From positions 1 to 32,315 of the IMG/VR virus record IMGVR_UViG_3300044724_004722: a DNA stretch of 32,315 nt; one strand, 5' to 3'. Positions within the stretch are counted from its first letter, which is position 1; each line of letters begins with the position of its first letter. Source of the DNA: a virus (Duplodnaviria > Caudoviricetes). Under the pieces are notes generated by a model, which was given only the letters and a program-made list of their open reading frames with translations, searched no databases and was not told where the DNA came from. The position numbers and the translations under genes are program-made. Positions 14,889 to 24,886 of the stretch are shown here, piece after piece.

Positions 14889-16673
14889 ATGGAAGATCCC
14901 GGAAAAGTCGAACACGACGAAATTCTTGTTGCCATCGGCGGCGAACTGAAGGCCATCGGCGAAAGCCGCATCGGTGGCATGATTGTCAACTTTACGGGGC
15001 CAGAAGACCCCGATCTTGTAGGTGATTATTTCGCCAAAGACACCGAGTTTGGCATCCACGAACAGCTTCCCGTCTACTACGATCACGGTATGAACCCCGC
15101 CTTCGGAAAGAAATCCATTGGCATCGGCACGATCAAGCGCATGGATGCGGGCCTTTGGTTCGAGACTGAACTGGACAAGGCCGATGAGTTTGAGCAACAC
15201 ATCCTTGAGTTGGCCCGAAAAGGAAAACTTCGTTCATCCTCTGGGGCCGTTGGCCATTTAGTGGATCGCATCAAAGACGGAAACACATACAAAATCACAA
15301 GCTGGCCACTCGGCGAATTGTCGCTAACCACCCAGCCAGCGGGAGGCATGGCAACTACTGTGATGCCTCTTAAATCCCTATTTCCAACCGAACCCGATCA
15401 CGAGACGGAACAGGCAGAGGCGGTACAGGCCATGACCGCGCCAACCGTAGAGCAAGGCGAAGTTGAAAACACAGGCGGCGCAGAGCCGCAGACAACAGCC
15501 AAAGCGGTTGAAGTCACTAAACATCCAATCCAAGAGGATAACATCATGGCCGAAGAAGCCAAAAACACATCCGAGGACGCTTTAAAAAACGTCAACGAGA
15601 TGATCGAAAAACTACACGCAAGACTTGACGCGACGGAAGCGAAAGCCGCTGAACCTGTTCAAGAAGTCAAGTCAGTCGTGGAAACAGGAGCCGCACCTAC
15701 AATCATTCGCAATATCGGTAACAGTCAGAAAGCCGCGTTCGGCCATTGGCTACGCACCGGAGACGTAGGCGGTGTAAAACATTTGATTACAGGCGAAAAC
15801 CCTACCGGCCCAATCGTTGAAATCAAAGCGAGCAATGCCGCAGATATGACAGCCGGTGTGGCCGCTGAGGGTGGCAATACCGTCACGGATGATATGTTCG
15901 GGACAATTATTCGCCGCCGTGACGAGGCATCTATTGCATCACAGCTGGGCGTTACTTCATTCACAGGTACAGGCACTACGCTTGATGTGCCGATTGATAA
16001 TGAAGGTGACTCTGAATTTGTTTCAACAGCAGAAGCTGCCCAGTATGATGAGGACTCTCCGGCAATCGGTCAACTCGTACTGACAAAAACCAAGTATTCC
16101 AAGCGGACGTTGATTTCCAACGAACTGCTTGGTGATTCTTCGGCTGATGTGATGAATTACATCATGGATCGTGTTGCGCTGGGTTATGCAAAAACCGAAA
16201 ATGAACTGCTAATAAATGCGGTTAAATCAGGTGGGACGCAGTTCAAAGCCCTTGCAGGTGCAGCAGCAATTGCCGTTGACGAACTCGAAGATGTCGTATA
16301 TAACGATGACAATGCGTTTTATTTGGACGACTCGGGATCTGTTGCATGGGTAATGAAACCATCAACGCTGAACGCTATCGCAAAACTGGACGATGCTAAC
16401 ACGCGCCGCTACGTTACCAACACGCAGGACACACCGGGGCCGCTCGGCTACCGCGCTGTACTGTCAAACAAGTGTGACGCAATCGGAACAGGCAACAAGC
16501 CCGTCCTATTCGGTAACTGGCGTTATGCAGCGAAGTTTGAAGATCCAACACTTCAGTTCCTGCGCGATCCATTCACCCGCGCAGATTATGGTCAGGTCAG
16601 GCTTCTTTGGTACTTCCGAACCGCTTTCGGAATTACACAAAGTGCGGCACTAGGCTACGCTGAAAACGCATAG
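14889..16673 (+). CDS. Prohead protease-major capsid protein fusion (HK97 fold)
   Basis: Protease motifs DLVGD, YYDHG, GLW, SSG, ELSL; capsid motifs GGNTV, WVM, VLFGNW; no intervening stop. Confidence 0.92.
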   Translation: MEDPGKVEHDEILVAIGGELKAIGESRIGGMIVNFTGPEDPDLVGDYFAKDTEFGIHEQLPVYYDHGMNPAFGKKSIGIGTIKRMDAGLWFETELDKADEFEQHILELARKGKLRSSSGAVGHLVDRIKDGNTYKITSWPLGELSLTTQPAGGMATTVMPLKSLFPTEPDHETEQAEAVQAMTAPTVEQGEVENTGGAEPQTTAKAVEVTKHPIQEDNIMAEEAKNTSEDALKNVNEMIEKLHARLDATEAKAAEPVQEVKSVVETGAAPTIIRNIGNSQKAAFGHWLRTGDVGGVKHLITGENPTGPIVEIKASNAADMTAGVAAEGGNTVTDDMFGTIIRRRDEASIASQLGVTSFTGTGTTLDVPIDNEGDSEFVSTAEAAQYDEDSPAIGQLVLTKTKYSKRTLISNELLGDSSADVMNYIMDRVALGYAKTENELLINAVKSGGTQFKALAGAAAIAVDELEDVVYNDDNAFYLDDSGSVAWVMKPSTLNAIAKLDDANTRRYVTNTQDTPGPLGYRAVLSNKCDAIGTGNKPVLFGNWRYAAKFEDPTLQFLRDPFTRADYGQVRLLWYFRTAFGITQSAALGYAENA

Positions 16674-16680
16674 AAACGAA

Positions 16681-16716
16681 GCCTCTCAGCCCCGTAAGGC
16701 TGGGGGGCAATGTTTT
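16681..16716 (+). terminator. Hairpin after the capsid gene
   Basis: GCCTCTCAGCC-CCGTAA-GGCTGGGGGGC followed by AATGTTTT. Confidence 0.65.
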
Positions 16717-16744
16717 GGACATTACCCAAAAAGCGGGTTAAAAA

Positions 16745-17317
16745 ATGACATTGACCGTAACTGTTGCCCCAGCATCTGAGCCGATTTCCACAGCCGAAGC
16801 AAAGGAATGGTTGCGTATTGACACGGCAGATTCAAGCCAAGACAATGTGTTGGCTATCCTGATTACCGGGATTCGTAAGCGCGTGGAAAATGCGCTGAAC
16901 CGCACGTTGATCAACACCACGTATTCGCTCGAATTGAATAGTGATGAGATGATTGGGATGGTAGAACTTCAGCGTGGCCCCGTCTCATCCATTACCAGCC
17001 TCACGACCTATGATGATTCATCTGGATCAGAAGTCAGCACAACGGTCAACGCGACAAATTATCAGTTGATAGGATCTCATTTGCTGGTTGAGCGCAATGA
17101 TGGCTGGGATATAGATCGAACTTATCGGGCTGGAACGGTGGTCTACGTTGCAGGCTACGGCGCATCTTCAACGGATGTGCCATATGATATTCGGATGGCC
17201 CTTCTTGAAATGTTGGCTTTACGCTATGAACGACGCGGTGATGAAGACCGTGACGAAATAAAATCTAGGGAAGACCAGCTTTTTGACGATCTATACCACT
17301 ACAAATTGATCACATGA
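16745..17317 (+). CDS. Head-tail connector (gp6-like)
   Basis: EPISTAEAKEWLRID, YVAGYG, VPYDIRMALL, YERRG. Confidence 0.92.
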   Translation: MTLTVTVAPASEPISTAEAKEWLRIDTADSSQDNVLAILITGIRKRVENALNRTLINTTYSLELNSDEMIGMVELQRGPVSSITSLTTYDDSSGSEVSTTVNATNYQLIGSHLLVERNDGWDIDRTYRAGTVVYVAGYGASSTDVPYDIRMALLEMLALRYERRGDEDRDEIKSREDQLFDDLYHYKLIT

Positions 17318-17640
17318 TTGGGAGCCGCCGACATCTTATTACAATACAGAAGAATACGCCCACGAGAGTAAAAGGCGTAAGGGCAGATGTGTGGAGTACC
17401 CTCGCCAGCGTTTACGCTGAAATCAAAACCCTCGGCGGTGGTGAGCGACAGGCGGCCGACCAACGCGAGATGGTGGCAACGCATGAGATTACGATGCGCT
17501 ATCGTGCCAGCGCAGCAGACATTACCCGCAGCCGATACCGCGTAACATTCAGCGGCAAGACCTTCGATGTGCGTGGGGTTGTGCATCCAGATCCTCGCAA
17601 GGAATTAACGATTATGCGCGTTCAGGAGGTGGTCACATGA
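17314..17640 (+). CDS. Head-closure/stopper protein (SPP1 gp16-like), copy 1
   Basis: GSRRHLITIQ...W...GGE...THEITMRY...FDV. Confidence 0.88.
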   Translation: MIGSRRHLITIQKNTPTRVKGVRADVWSTLASVYAEIKTLGGGERQAADQREMVATHEITMRYRASAADITRSRYRVTFSGKTFDVRGVVHPDPRKELTIMRVQEVVT

Positions 17641-17972
17641 TTGATAAGCTATGGAGACGCGCACAGGTGCAGGAGCGTAGCGTAACGCGCGCTCAAGGCG
17701 TTAAAACCTCAGATGGGTGGTCTACTATCGACACGGTGTACTGCTCGTTAAAACCGCTGTCAGCGCGTGAATTGAGAATTGCCGATCAGAACGGTGAAAT
17801 TGTCGACCATGAAATATGGATGCGCTACCGCAATGATTTGGGAGACAGCAACACCGAACTGCTTCCCCGTCACCAGTTAATCATTGATGAACGCACTTTT
17901 GACGTTCGGAGCGTAGAGAACGTAGACTTCCGCGACGAATGGACACGCCTAAAAGTTGAGGAACGCACATGA
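17637..17972 (+). CDS. Head-closure/stopper protein, copy 2
   Basis: WSTI...PLSARE...HEIWMRY...TFDVRSV. Confidence 0.85.
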   Translation: MIDKLWRRAQVQERSVTRAQGVKTSDGWSTIDTVYCSLKPLSARELRIADQNGEIVDHEIWMRYRNDLGDSNTELLPRHQLIIDERTFDVRSVENVDFRDEWTRLKVEERT

Positions 17973-18442
17973 TTACCTTCGACGATAAGCGGGCAAGAGT
18001 AGATATAAAAAACTACAAACTGAAAGTTACGGACGCAGTACGCGATGCCGTGAACGAAACCGCCATAAACATTGAGGCAAAGGCTAAAAAGAACGTAACC
18101 AAACACGGCGAATTGACGCGCCCCGATGGAAAGAAGCGCAAACTGCTAGTTGATACAGGCCTAATGCGGGCATCCATTCACATTGGATTTAGTGAGAACC
18201 TTTCAGACCTCAAGGTTTTCGCCGATGGGGACAATCGAAGCAGCGCCGATGGTGTGGCGGGAAGCCGATTGGCGCAAGCGTCTGCGGGCCTGAAGACTGC
18301 CGCATCAGTGGCCGTTGGTGTGCATTATGCCAAATATCATGAACTGGGGATTGGCGTAAAGAAAAGACCGTTTTTATTGCCCGCCACAGAAAGCGAACGC
18401 GCTGCCCACCGCAGACGCATAAAAGAGGCATTGAAGAAATGA
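17969..18442 (+). CDS. HK97 gp10-like neck/tail completion protein
   Basis: VDTGLMRASI, YAKYHELG, RPFLLPA. Confidence 0.9.
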   Translation: MITFDDKRARVDIKNYKLKVTDAVRDAVNETAINIEAKAKKNVTKHGELTRPDGKKRKLLVDTGLMRASIHIGFSENLSDLKVFADGDNRSSADGVAGSRLAQASAGLKTAASVAVGVHYAKYHELGIGVKKRPFLLPATESERAAHRRRIKEALKK

Positions 18443-18837
18443 ACATCCAAAATCTCGTACAAGATGCCTGTTTTGACAAATTGAACGCGGCCAGCCTCAC
18501 CGTATACGTAGACCCTGAAGACTCGGACGCGCTACCGTATACCGTCCTGCGTGTCGGCAATGTCAGCGAAGGATTGATGATGAGCAAGACCCATGACGGG
18601 TTTTCCTGCGTGGCCTCAATGGTGTCGTGGTCAACATCGCCGAACACGGCTCAGGCAAACGCCGCCACAGGTGTCTCGGCTCTGCTCGACCGGGGCGTAA
18701 CGTGGTCAATCGCAGGCTTCACCGTTTCGATGGTGCGTCTGGAGTTCATGGGTGACATTGAAGAGGATGCTTCGCGCCCAAATGATACGTACTGGGCCGT
18801 TCCTTTCAACGTACGCTTTGAGGTTGAGGAACAATGA
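18439..18837 (+). CDS. Tail terminator (DUF3168-like)
   Basis: VYVDPEDSDALPYTVL; position before the tail tube gene. Confidence 0.75.
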   Translation: MNIQNLVQDACFDKLNAASLTVYVDPEDSDALPYTVLRVGNVSEGLMMSKTHDGFSCVASMVSWSTSPNTAQANAATGVSALLDRGVTWSIAGFTVSMVRLEFMGDIEEDASRPNDTYWAVPFNVRFEVEEQ

Positions 18838-19052
18838 TTACAGCCTTGTTGATATTGACAACATTTTTTTTGACCTCCTACTGGTTCTACGTGGTGTATA
18901 AATCAGAGGAATGGAGATGATAAAAACAAATACAAATTGCGGCCAATTTTTGAAATACAAAAATTTCATGGCCGTGTGCTTCAATTCCAAATTGGAATTG
19001 GATTTTTTCATTCCCGGCATACGGGATTTTTCAAACAAAAAAGAACAACACA

Positions 19053-19499
19053 ATGGCTAATTTAGCAGGCCGCGCTTATCTGTGCTATGCCGGAACGTCA
19101 GCACCATCAGATGCCGCAGACAATACAGATGGTGCTTATGCGTTAGTTGGTAAAGCAACCGACATCAGCATCTCGCGCTCACGGAACGCAATCGACACAT
19201 CAACGAAAGACGATGGCGATAACAGTTCATTTATCTCTGGACGCAGGAACGAAACGGTTTCGATCTCTGGGCTTTTCGACCACACCGAAGACGCAGGGTA
19301 TACTAAACTTTCTGATGCTTTTGAAGCAGCCACAGGTACGGTTTATTTTCTCGTCACATCCGCAACTACGGGAGATACCGAATGGCATGGAAGCGGCGTG
19401 ATCACCGATCTGTCAACATCGTTTGCAGATGAATCTGCATCTACGTTCACGGCAACCATTCAGGTTTCGGGAGCATTTACGGAAGTTGCTGGATCGTAA
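19053..19499 (+). CDS. Major tail tube protein (TP901-1-like)
   Basis: IDTSTKD, ISGRRNETVSISG, GSGVIT. Confidence 0.9.
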   Translation: MANLAGRAYLCYAGTSAPSDAADNTDGAYALVGKATDISISRSRNAIDTSTKDDGDNSSFISGRRNETVSISGLFDHTEDAGYTKLSDAFEAATGTVYFLVTSATTGDTEWHGSGVITDLSTSFADESASTFTATIQVSGAFTEVAGS

Positions 19500-19564
19500 A
19501 AACCAGCTATTAAATAAGCTCAACAAATGAGCAATTATTTTAAATCATAAGTCAAAAAACTGAC

Positions 19565-19921
19565 ATGAAAAACAATCATCCTGAAACACTCGAAATCGAA
19601 TTAAACGGTGAAACCAAAACCATCAAGCTCGGCCCCGCCGCGTTTAGATTGGCAGAGATACGCCACAAGATTACTTTTTCAATGGCCGATTTATCGAATC
19701 CGACACTCGCAACGCTGGCACAGTTGGCGTATGTGGGATGCCTACCCGATGATCCAAAATTGAAGGAAACAGATTTTGTTGTTTCAATGGCAAATTCCGA
19801 CGAGGGAAAAATCATTTCCTCTGTTGGGGTCGCACTACAACGCATGACGGATGGTCTGACCTTCGGCGAAGACCAGAACGCGGGTGGTGATGATGAGGGA
19901 AACGACAAGCCGGGGAAGTGA
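19565..19921 (+). CDS. Tail assembly chaperone (gpG-like)
   Basis: Between tube and tape measure genes; slippery G GGA AAC at 19897-19903. Confidence 0.85.
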   Translation: MKNNHPETLEIELNGETKTIKLGPAAFRLAEIRHKITFSMADLSNPTLATLAQLAYVGCLPDDPKLKETDFVVSMANSDEGKIISSVGVALQRMTDGLTFGEDQNAGGDDEGNDKPGK

Positions 19922-20250
19922 TTTCTTCGGCTTCGTTCCCTGATTTTGATCGCCTCGACGGGCGTTGTGCTTCACTTCTGGGCATGACACCCGCCGAGGT
20001 TGATCAATGCTCTTTTCGAGATTTAAACGCCATGATGCGCGGCGTATTGCTTCACCAGCGCGATCAGAACGAAGACAACTGGCGGCGCACCCTTACAATA
20101 TCGCAGGCAATTATCAACACCGTTTCGCGCAAGCCAAAGCCACTTGATGCCATGTGGCCGAAGCGGGCGCAGAAGAACACGGAGACGATGCCGCTGGCAG
20201 AATACCGAGCATGGCGAGATGATGTCGTGCGCAAAATAAAGAGAAAATAA
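19918..20250 (+). CDS. Tail assembly chaperone gpT-like, reached by -1 frameshift
   Basis: -1 frame from G GGA AAC is open into this ORF; LGMTPAEV motif. Confidence 0.8.
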   Translation: MISSASFPDFDRLDGRCASLLGMTPAEVDQCSFRDLNAMMRGVLLHQRDQNEDNWRRTLTISQAIINTVSRKPKPLDAMWPKRAQKNTETMPLAEYRAWRDDVVRKIKRK

Positions 20251-23200
20251 TGTCAACGCTGACCACGCTGAACGTCCGAATAGCAGGCGATATTACCGAC
20301 TTCAATAAGAAGATGACATCGGTGTCTTCTCGCATTGAGAATGTGGGCCGCAAGATGCAGTCGGTAGGAAAGAGCATGACCTTCGGCCTGACAGTTCCGC
20401 TTTTGGCGATGGGCGGCGCGATGGTTAAAACAGCATCGGATGCGGCAGAAATGCAGTCGAAATTTGATACTGTTTTTAAAACGGTGGGTGGCGATGTAAC
20501 GCGAAGTTTGGGCAATTTTGCATCGGCGGCAAATCGTTCTCGCTTTGAATTGATGGGGATGGCATCGGAACTTGGTGATATTATCAAGCCAATGGGTTTT
20601 TCAGAGGCCGTTGCTGGGGATATGGCCGTGACACTTACTAAACTTGCGGTTGATCTTGGCTCATTCAACAATATGCCGATGGGCGAGGCGTTGACCCGAT
20701 TGCGTGGGGCCTTGATAGGTGCGCACGAAAACGTGGCCACCTTTGGGGTAATTATTAACGAAAACACATTGAAGCAAGAGTTGGCGCGAATGGGTGCCGA
20801 CAAGTTTACAGGGTCATTGAAGGAACAGGCAAAGGTTCAAGCCCGCATGAACCTGATAATGGCACAAACCACCGATGCACAAAATGATGCGGTGCGAACG
20901 TCTGGCGGGTTTGCGAATCAGTTGGAGGGATTAAAAAACTCAATCAAGGATTTAGGTATTCAGATTGGGAATATGCTTTTGCCCCACGCTCAAAAATTAG
21001 TTGTCGGGCTTCGTGGCATGGTTGAAATCGTCTCAAATCTATCTCCACAAATACAACGGACGGCCCTTGCCGTTGCGGGTTTTGCCGCCGCGTTTGGCCC
21101 TGCGGTTTTTGTAGTTGGTGGCTTAGCCAGTAGTATGTCTGCCGTTTTTAATGTTGGCTCTCTGTTGATGGGTTTGTTTTCACCTTTGGGCATTGCAATG
21201 GTAGGTATAGGCGTAATCGCCTTTGCCCTTGCTCGAAACTGGGACTCAGTAACGGCGGCCGTGTCGGGTTTTTATGATTCCATTGTAGATGATTTTCAGC
21301 CCGCGATTGATCAAATTAAATCTTATGTTGAGAATGTTGTTGATATTGGAGCGTCCATATTCGGAACCCTTTTGACTTGGTGGGATGACAATAGGGACGG
21401 CGTTTTCGACAAGGTTGGGGCGATGATGGCCGCCATAAGTGGCGCACTAGGGGCTGGAATAGACGCGGCGTATACCGTTATAAATAAGGGGCTGGGAATA
21501 ATATCTGGCTTGTGGACTGCTCACGGTGCAGAGATTATCACCATACTGGGCGGCGCGTTCAATCAGACGCTTTTGGTGATCACCAACGCCTTCACGCAGA
21601 TGGCAAACGTAATAGGTTTGGGAATGGCAATCCTGAAGCCCGGATGGGAAGGTGAATGGACAGCACTTAAAAACATTGTAGACACACAACTCACATACAC
21701 GAATAACACGGCATCCAATTTTGTAACCACAATAAAGGACACTCTAGACGTAGGCGATGCTGCACTAGACGAAAAATTTGGTTCAACAGATTTCAAGACG
21801 CTTGTTGAAGGGGCCATGACAGGCATCACGACCGCTATCACCAACATGAAGACCAGCGGTTTGAGTTTGCTGGGTGACTTTGGGGACGGAGCCAAGAAGG
21901 AATTGACGGGCGATGAAAGTGTAGAGTTATCTGCTGAAGATGTAGCAACAGCCTTTGATAATATCAAAACGGCGGTGGGTGATGTTGACGGGCTTAACCC
22001 AGCGTTTGCGGTTATCAAGTCGGCGTTGAGTGGTGGAAAGTCGACGGCAATCTTATTTGATTCTGCGTTGAGAGATATTGAATTGGCGGTGGGTGGTGTT
22101 GACAAACTCGCTCCATCATTTGCAACTATCAAGTCTGCCTTATCAGGCGGGAAGGTAGACGCTGATGCCCTTGAATCTGCTTTTGGCAATATCGAAACGG
22201 CGGTGGGTGATACGGATAAACTTGCTCCATCGTTTGCAACCATCAAGTCTGCTTTGTCTAGCGGGAAGGTAGATGCCGAAGCCCTTGATGCCGCCTTTGG
22301 TGACATCGAAACGGCGGTGAATGATGCGGATAAACTCGCCCCATCGTTCCAAACCTTGAGAGATGCGCTTTCAGAATCCAAAACATTCAGCGTCGGTGCG
22401 GCGGCAAGCAATGCGGGGCGGTCTATTGGTGGTGTAAAAAATGTTGTTGCAGAGCTTGAGGGGTATAGACCCAACTTTAGCACGTTTATTTCTGCCATAA
22501 AAAGCGTAAGTGATGAAGCCGTAGTGCTAACGGGCAATCTGCGTGTTCCGTCTACGCTGGAAATGCCCGAATGGGATGTAGATCCACCTTCAGAAGAGGA
22601 CATAAACGCATGGGGTTTGTTTGGCTTAAAAGTGCAAAAAGCGTCCGACTACATGGGCGATCTAGGCTCAGATACGGGGCTGGTGGCTGGTGCGTTAATG
22701 GACGTAAAAGGAGGGCTAGATGCCTTGTTTGGCTCAAAACTTGGCGGTTGGGCTGATAAAATCACGAAGGCGGCAACCGATGTGGCAGATGTGGTTTTGG
22801 GATTTGAAGCATTGCTAGTCCTTTTTAAAGCCGAGACGTGGGATTCAATCATTGATATTTTAGTTGATGTAAAAGATGTCATCAAGTGGATTGTGCTTAA
22901 AGTCTGGGGTTGGTTCGATGCTCAAACGGCGGTCAATACCGCCTCACAAGTCAATGACACAATCAATACACTTATGCCGGGCGCAGGCGCAGGAGTAGGT
23001 GCAGGAGGAGGCGCAGGCACAGCAGGCACAGGAGGAGGCGCAGGCACTGCACTTGGCCTTGCGGCTACGGCATTGGTTTTTGTTGAATCAATACGCAGAT
23101 TATTTAAAAAAGGCACTTCACTTGCCGATCTTGGTTTGACATTAGAACAATGGCAGCAAATGGCTTCAGACAGCGGTGTCTTTCTCGGTGGCGCGGGGTG

Positions 23201-23381
23201 GGCTGATAATCTTAGTGGCGTAGACCTTAGCGGCTGGGGTGATTTCTCTGATATGGGTGGCTGGCAGGGCCGCGCTACTGGTGGTCAAAACGTGTATGTG
23301 ATGTTGGACGGGCAGACCATAGCGAACGCAACTGTACCTTACATGGCCGAAGAATTAACAGTATACGGGACAAACTACTAA
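20250..23381 (+). CDS. Tape measure protein
   Basis: 1043 aa; Ala/Gly-rich helical sequence with Trp/Phe periodicity; position. Confidence 0.95.
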   Translation: MSTLTTLNVRIAGDITDFNKKMTSVSSRIENVGRKMQSVGKSMTFGLTVPLLAMGGAMVKTASDAAEMQSKFDTVFKTVGGDVTRSLGNFASAANRSRFELMGMASELGDIIKPMGFSEAVAGDMAVTLTKLAVDLGSFNNMPMGEALTRLRGALIGAHENVATFGVIINENTLKQELARMGADKFTGSLKEQAKVQARMNLIMAQTTDAQNDAVRTSGGFANQLEGLKNSIKDLGIQIGNMLLPHAQKLVVGLRGMVEIVSNLSPQIQRTALAVAGFAAAFGPAVFVVGGLASSMSAVFNVGSLLMGLFSPLGIAMVGIGVIAFALARNWDSVTAAVSGFYDSIVDDFQPAIDQIKSYVENVVDIGASIFGTLLTWWDDNRDGVFDKVGAMMAAISGALGAGIDAAYTVINKGLGIISGLWTAHGAEIITILGGAFNQTLLVITNAFTQMANVIGLGMAILKPGWEGEWTALKNIVDTQLTYTNNTASNFVTTIKDTLDVGDAALDEKFGSTDFKTLVEGAMTGITTAITNMKTSGLSLLGDFGDGAKKELTGDESVELSAEDVATAFDNIKTAVGDVDGLNPAFAVIKSALSGGKSTAILFDSALRDIELAVGGVDKLAPSFATIKSALSGGKVDADALESAFGNIETAVGDTDKLAPSFATIKSALSSGKVDAEALDAAFGDIETAVNDADKLAPSFQTLRDALSESKTFSVGAAASNAGRSIGGVKNVVAELEGYRPNFSTFISAIKSVSDEAVVLTGNLRVPSTLEMPEWDVDPPSEEDINAWGLFGLKVQKASDYMGDLGSDTGLVAGALMDVKGGLDALFGSKLGGWADKITKAATDVADVVLGFEALLVLFKAETWDSIIDILVDVKDVIKWIVLKVWGWFDAQTAVNTASQVNDTINTLMPGAGAGVGAGGGAGTAGTGGGAGTALGLAATALVFVESIRRLFKKGTSLADLGLTLEQWQQMASDSGVFLGGAGWADNLSGVDLSGWGDFSDMGGWQGRATGGQNVYVMLDGQTIANATVPYMAEELTVYGTNY
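21951..22385 (+). repeat. About four 114-bp (38-aa) repeats in the tape measure gene
   Basis: Units start at 21951, 22065, 22179, 22293 (..IETAVGDxDKLAPSFATIKSALS..). Confidence 0.9.
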
Positions 23382-24886
23382 TGGCCATTACCATACAAGA
23401 CGGGGCCGCTGCCGATGTGAACTACATCAAGGAATCATTGGTGTACGAGGACACTATAAATCAGCGCGGCGCGGTGCAGTTCGCCGCCGATGGTTCTTCG
23501 CCGCCTTTGGATATTGGCGAGGATGTTTTTCTGGTTGACGTCTCTGATGCATATTTAGAACTTGTCGGCGGTGGCGCATTAGAACTTGTCGGCGGTGGTG
23601 AGCTGGGTGTTGTGGCACGAAGTACTTTTTGGGGCGGTACGGTTAACGGCTACGATGAAATTGACATAACCGTTGGCGCATCCACGCACCTGCGCTTCAT
23701 TTATCGGTGTGTCGATTTTGATCAACTCCTGTCCAAGAGATTGATTCAACGCTCTTTTACGGACAGCACCGCCGGGGAAATTGTCGAAGCTATAATTGCA
23801 GATTCCCATTTAGTAGCCGAGGGCATCACGGCGGGAACGATTGCCGCAGGGCCACTAATTGAAAAGAAGGTCTTTAATTGGAGGTACGCAGAAGATTGCA
23901 TGGACGAAATGGCCGAGTTGACCGGCTTTTCGTGGAACATAGACAAAGACAAAAAGCTCAATTTCTTTCCCCGCGACCTTCTGCGCTCAGCGTATGATAT
24001 AACAGATGCAAACGCCGACTACCGAAAGATCACTTTCAAGCGTAGTCGCAACCTTTTGAGAACGGTGCAATACGTGCGGGCAGCATCGGAGATCGGCGAA
24101 AGTCGCGCAGAAACACAAACAGGGGACGGAAGCAAGAGGGCTTTCCTTGCCGAAACAGCCATCGGTACGGTTCCCACCATTGAGGTTAATACGGGGTCTG
24201 GATATGTATCTAAAAACGTTGGCGTGGGTGGTGTCGATACTGGAAAGGATTGGTATTACAACATAGGCGTTAGGGTGTTTTATCAAGACGGTGGAGGCTC
24301 AGTATTATCATCCAGCGACAAGGTAAAAATCACCTACGAACCGCGTATTCCACTTATTGTCAGTAACATCAACAAAGACCTTGAGGATGATCGCGCCTTA
24401 GTTGAAGCGGGAAATGGAAGATACGAGCATATATATGACGCGCCCGACATTGAAACCCGCGCCGAGGCGATAAACAAGGCCGTTAGCTTATTGGCTCGGT
24501 TCGGCAACCTTCAGGAAACGGTACAATACGAAACCGATACAACAGGGCTGGTGGCGGGAACGCTTCAAACAATCAACCTTTCGGCGCATGGCGTAAACGC
24601 TGATTATCTTATTGAGCGCATTTCGGCCAACATAAAAGATAACGGATCTTTTCGCTATACTGTTCAGGCTTCGGCCTCTGCCGCCTACGGTCGGTGGACG
24701 CATGATTTCAAAGACAAAACACGGCAAGATCGCAAGTTTACCCCGCGCGAAAACGAAACGGTGCTGAATTTACGAGAATCAAAAGATTCAATCACCATGC
24801 AGGATTTACCGTCAACAACAAGTTATGCAGGCGCATATACTGTCAACGGCGTAAATACATATATCAATGGATTCCATGTTGGATAA
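23381..24886 (+). CDS. Tail tip/hub protein
   Basis: Follows tape measure; beta-rich; DEMAELTGFSWNIDKDKKLNFF. Confidence 0.7.
   Translation: MAITIQDGAAADVNYIKESLVYEDTINQRGAVQFAADGSSPPLDIGEDVFLVDVSDAYLELVGGGALELVGGGELGVVARSTFWGGTVNGYDEIDITVGASTHLRFIYRCVDFDQLLSKRLIQRSFTDSTAGEIVEAIIADSHLVAEGITAGTIAAGPLIEKKVFNWRYAEDCMDEMAELTGFSWNIDKDKKLNFFPRDLLRSAYDITDANADYRKITFKRSRNLLRTVQYVRAASEIGESRAETQTGDGSKRAFLAETAIGTVPTIEVNTGSGYVSKNVGVGGVDTGKDWYYNIGVRVFYQDGGGSVLSSSDKVKITYEPRIPLIVSNINKDLEDDRALVEAGNGRYEHIYDAPDIETRAEAINKAVSLLARFGNLQETVQYETDTTGLVAGTLQTINLSAHGVNADYLIERISANIKDNGSFRYTVQASASAAYGRWTHDFKDKTRQDRKFTPRENETVLNLRESKDSITMQDLPSTTSYAGAYTVNGVNTYINGFHVG

Noticed and set aside
19911-19921. G GGG AAG as the chaperone slippery site
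   Set aside because: Not XXXYYYZ; the upstream G GGA AAC fits and gives the same frame.
20114-23116. Long antisense ORFs (229 aa, 346 aa) opposite the tape measure gene, and similar shadow ORFs elsewhere
   Set aside because: They mirror the codon bias of the sense gene and have no motifs or RBS.
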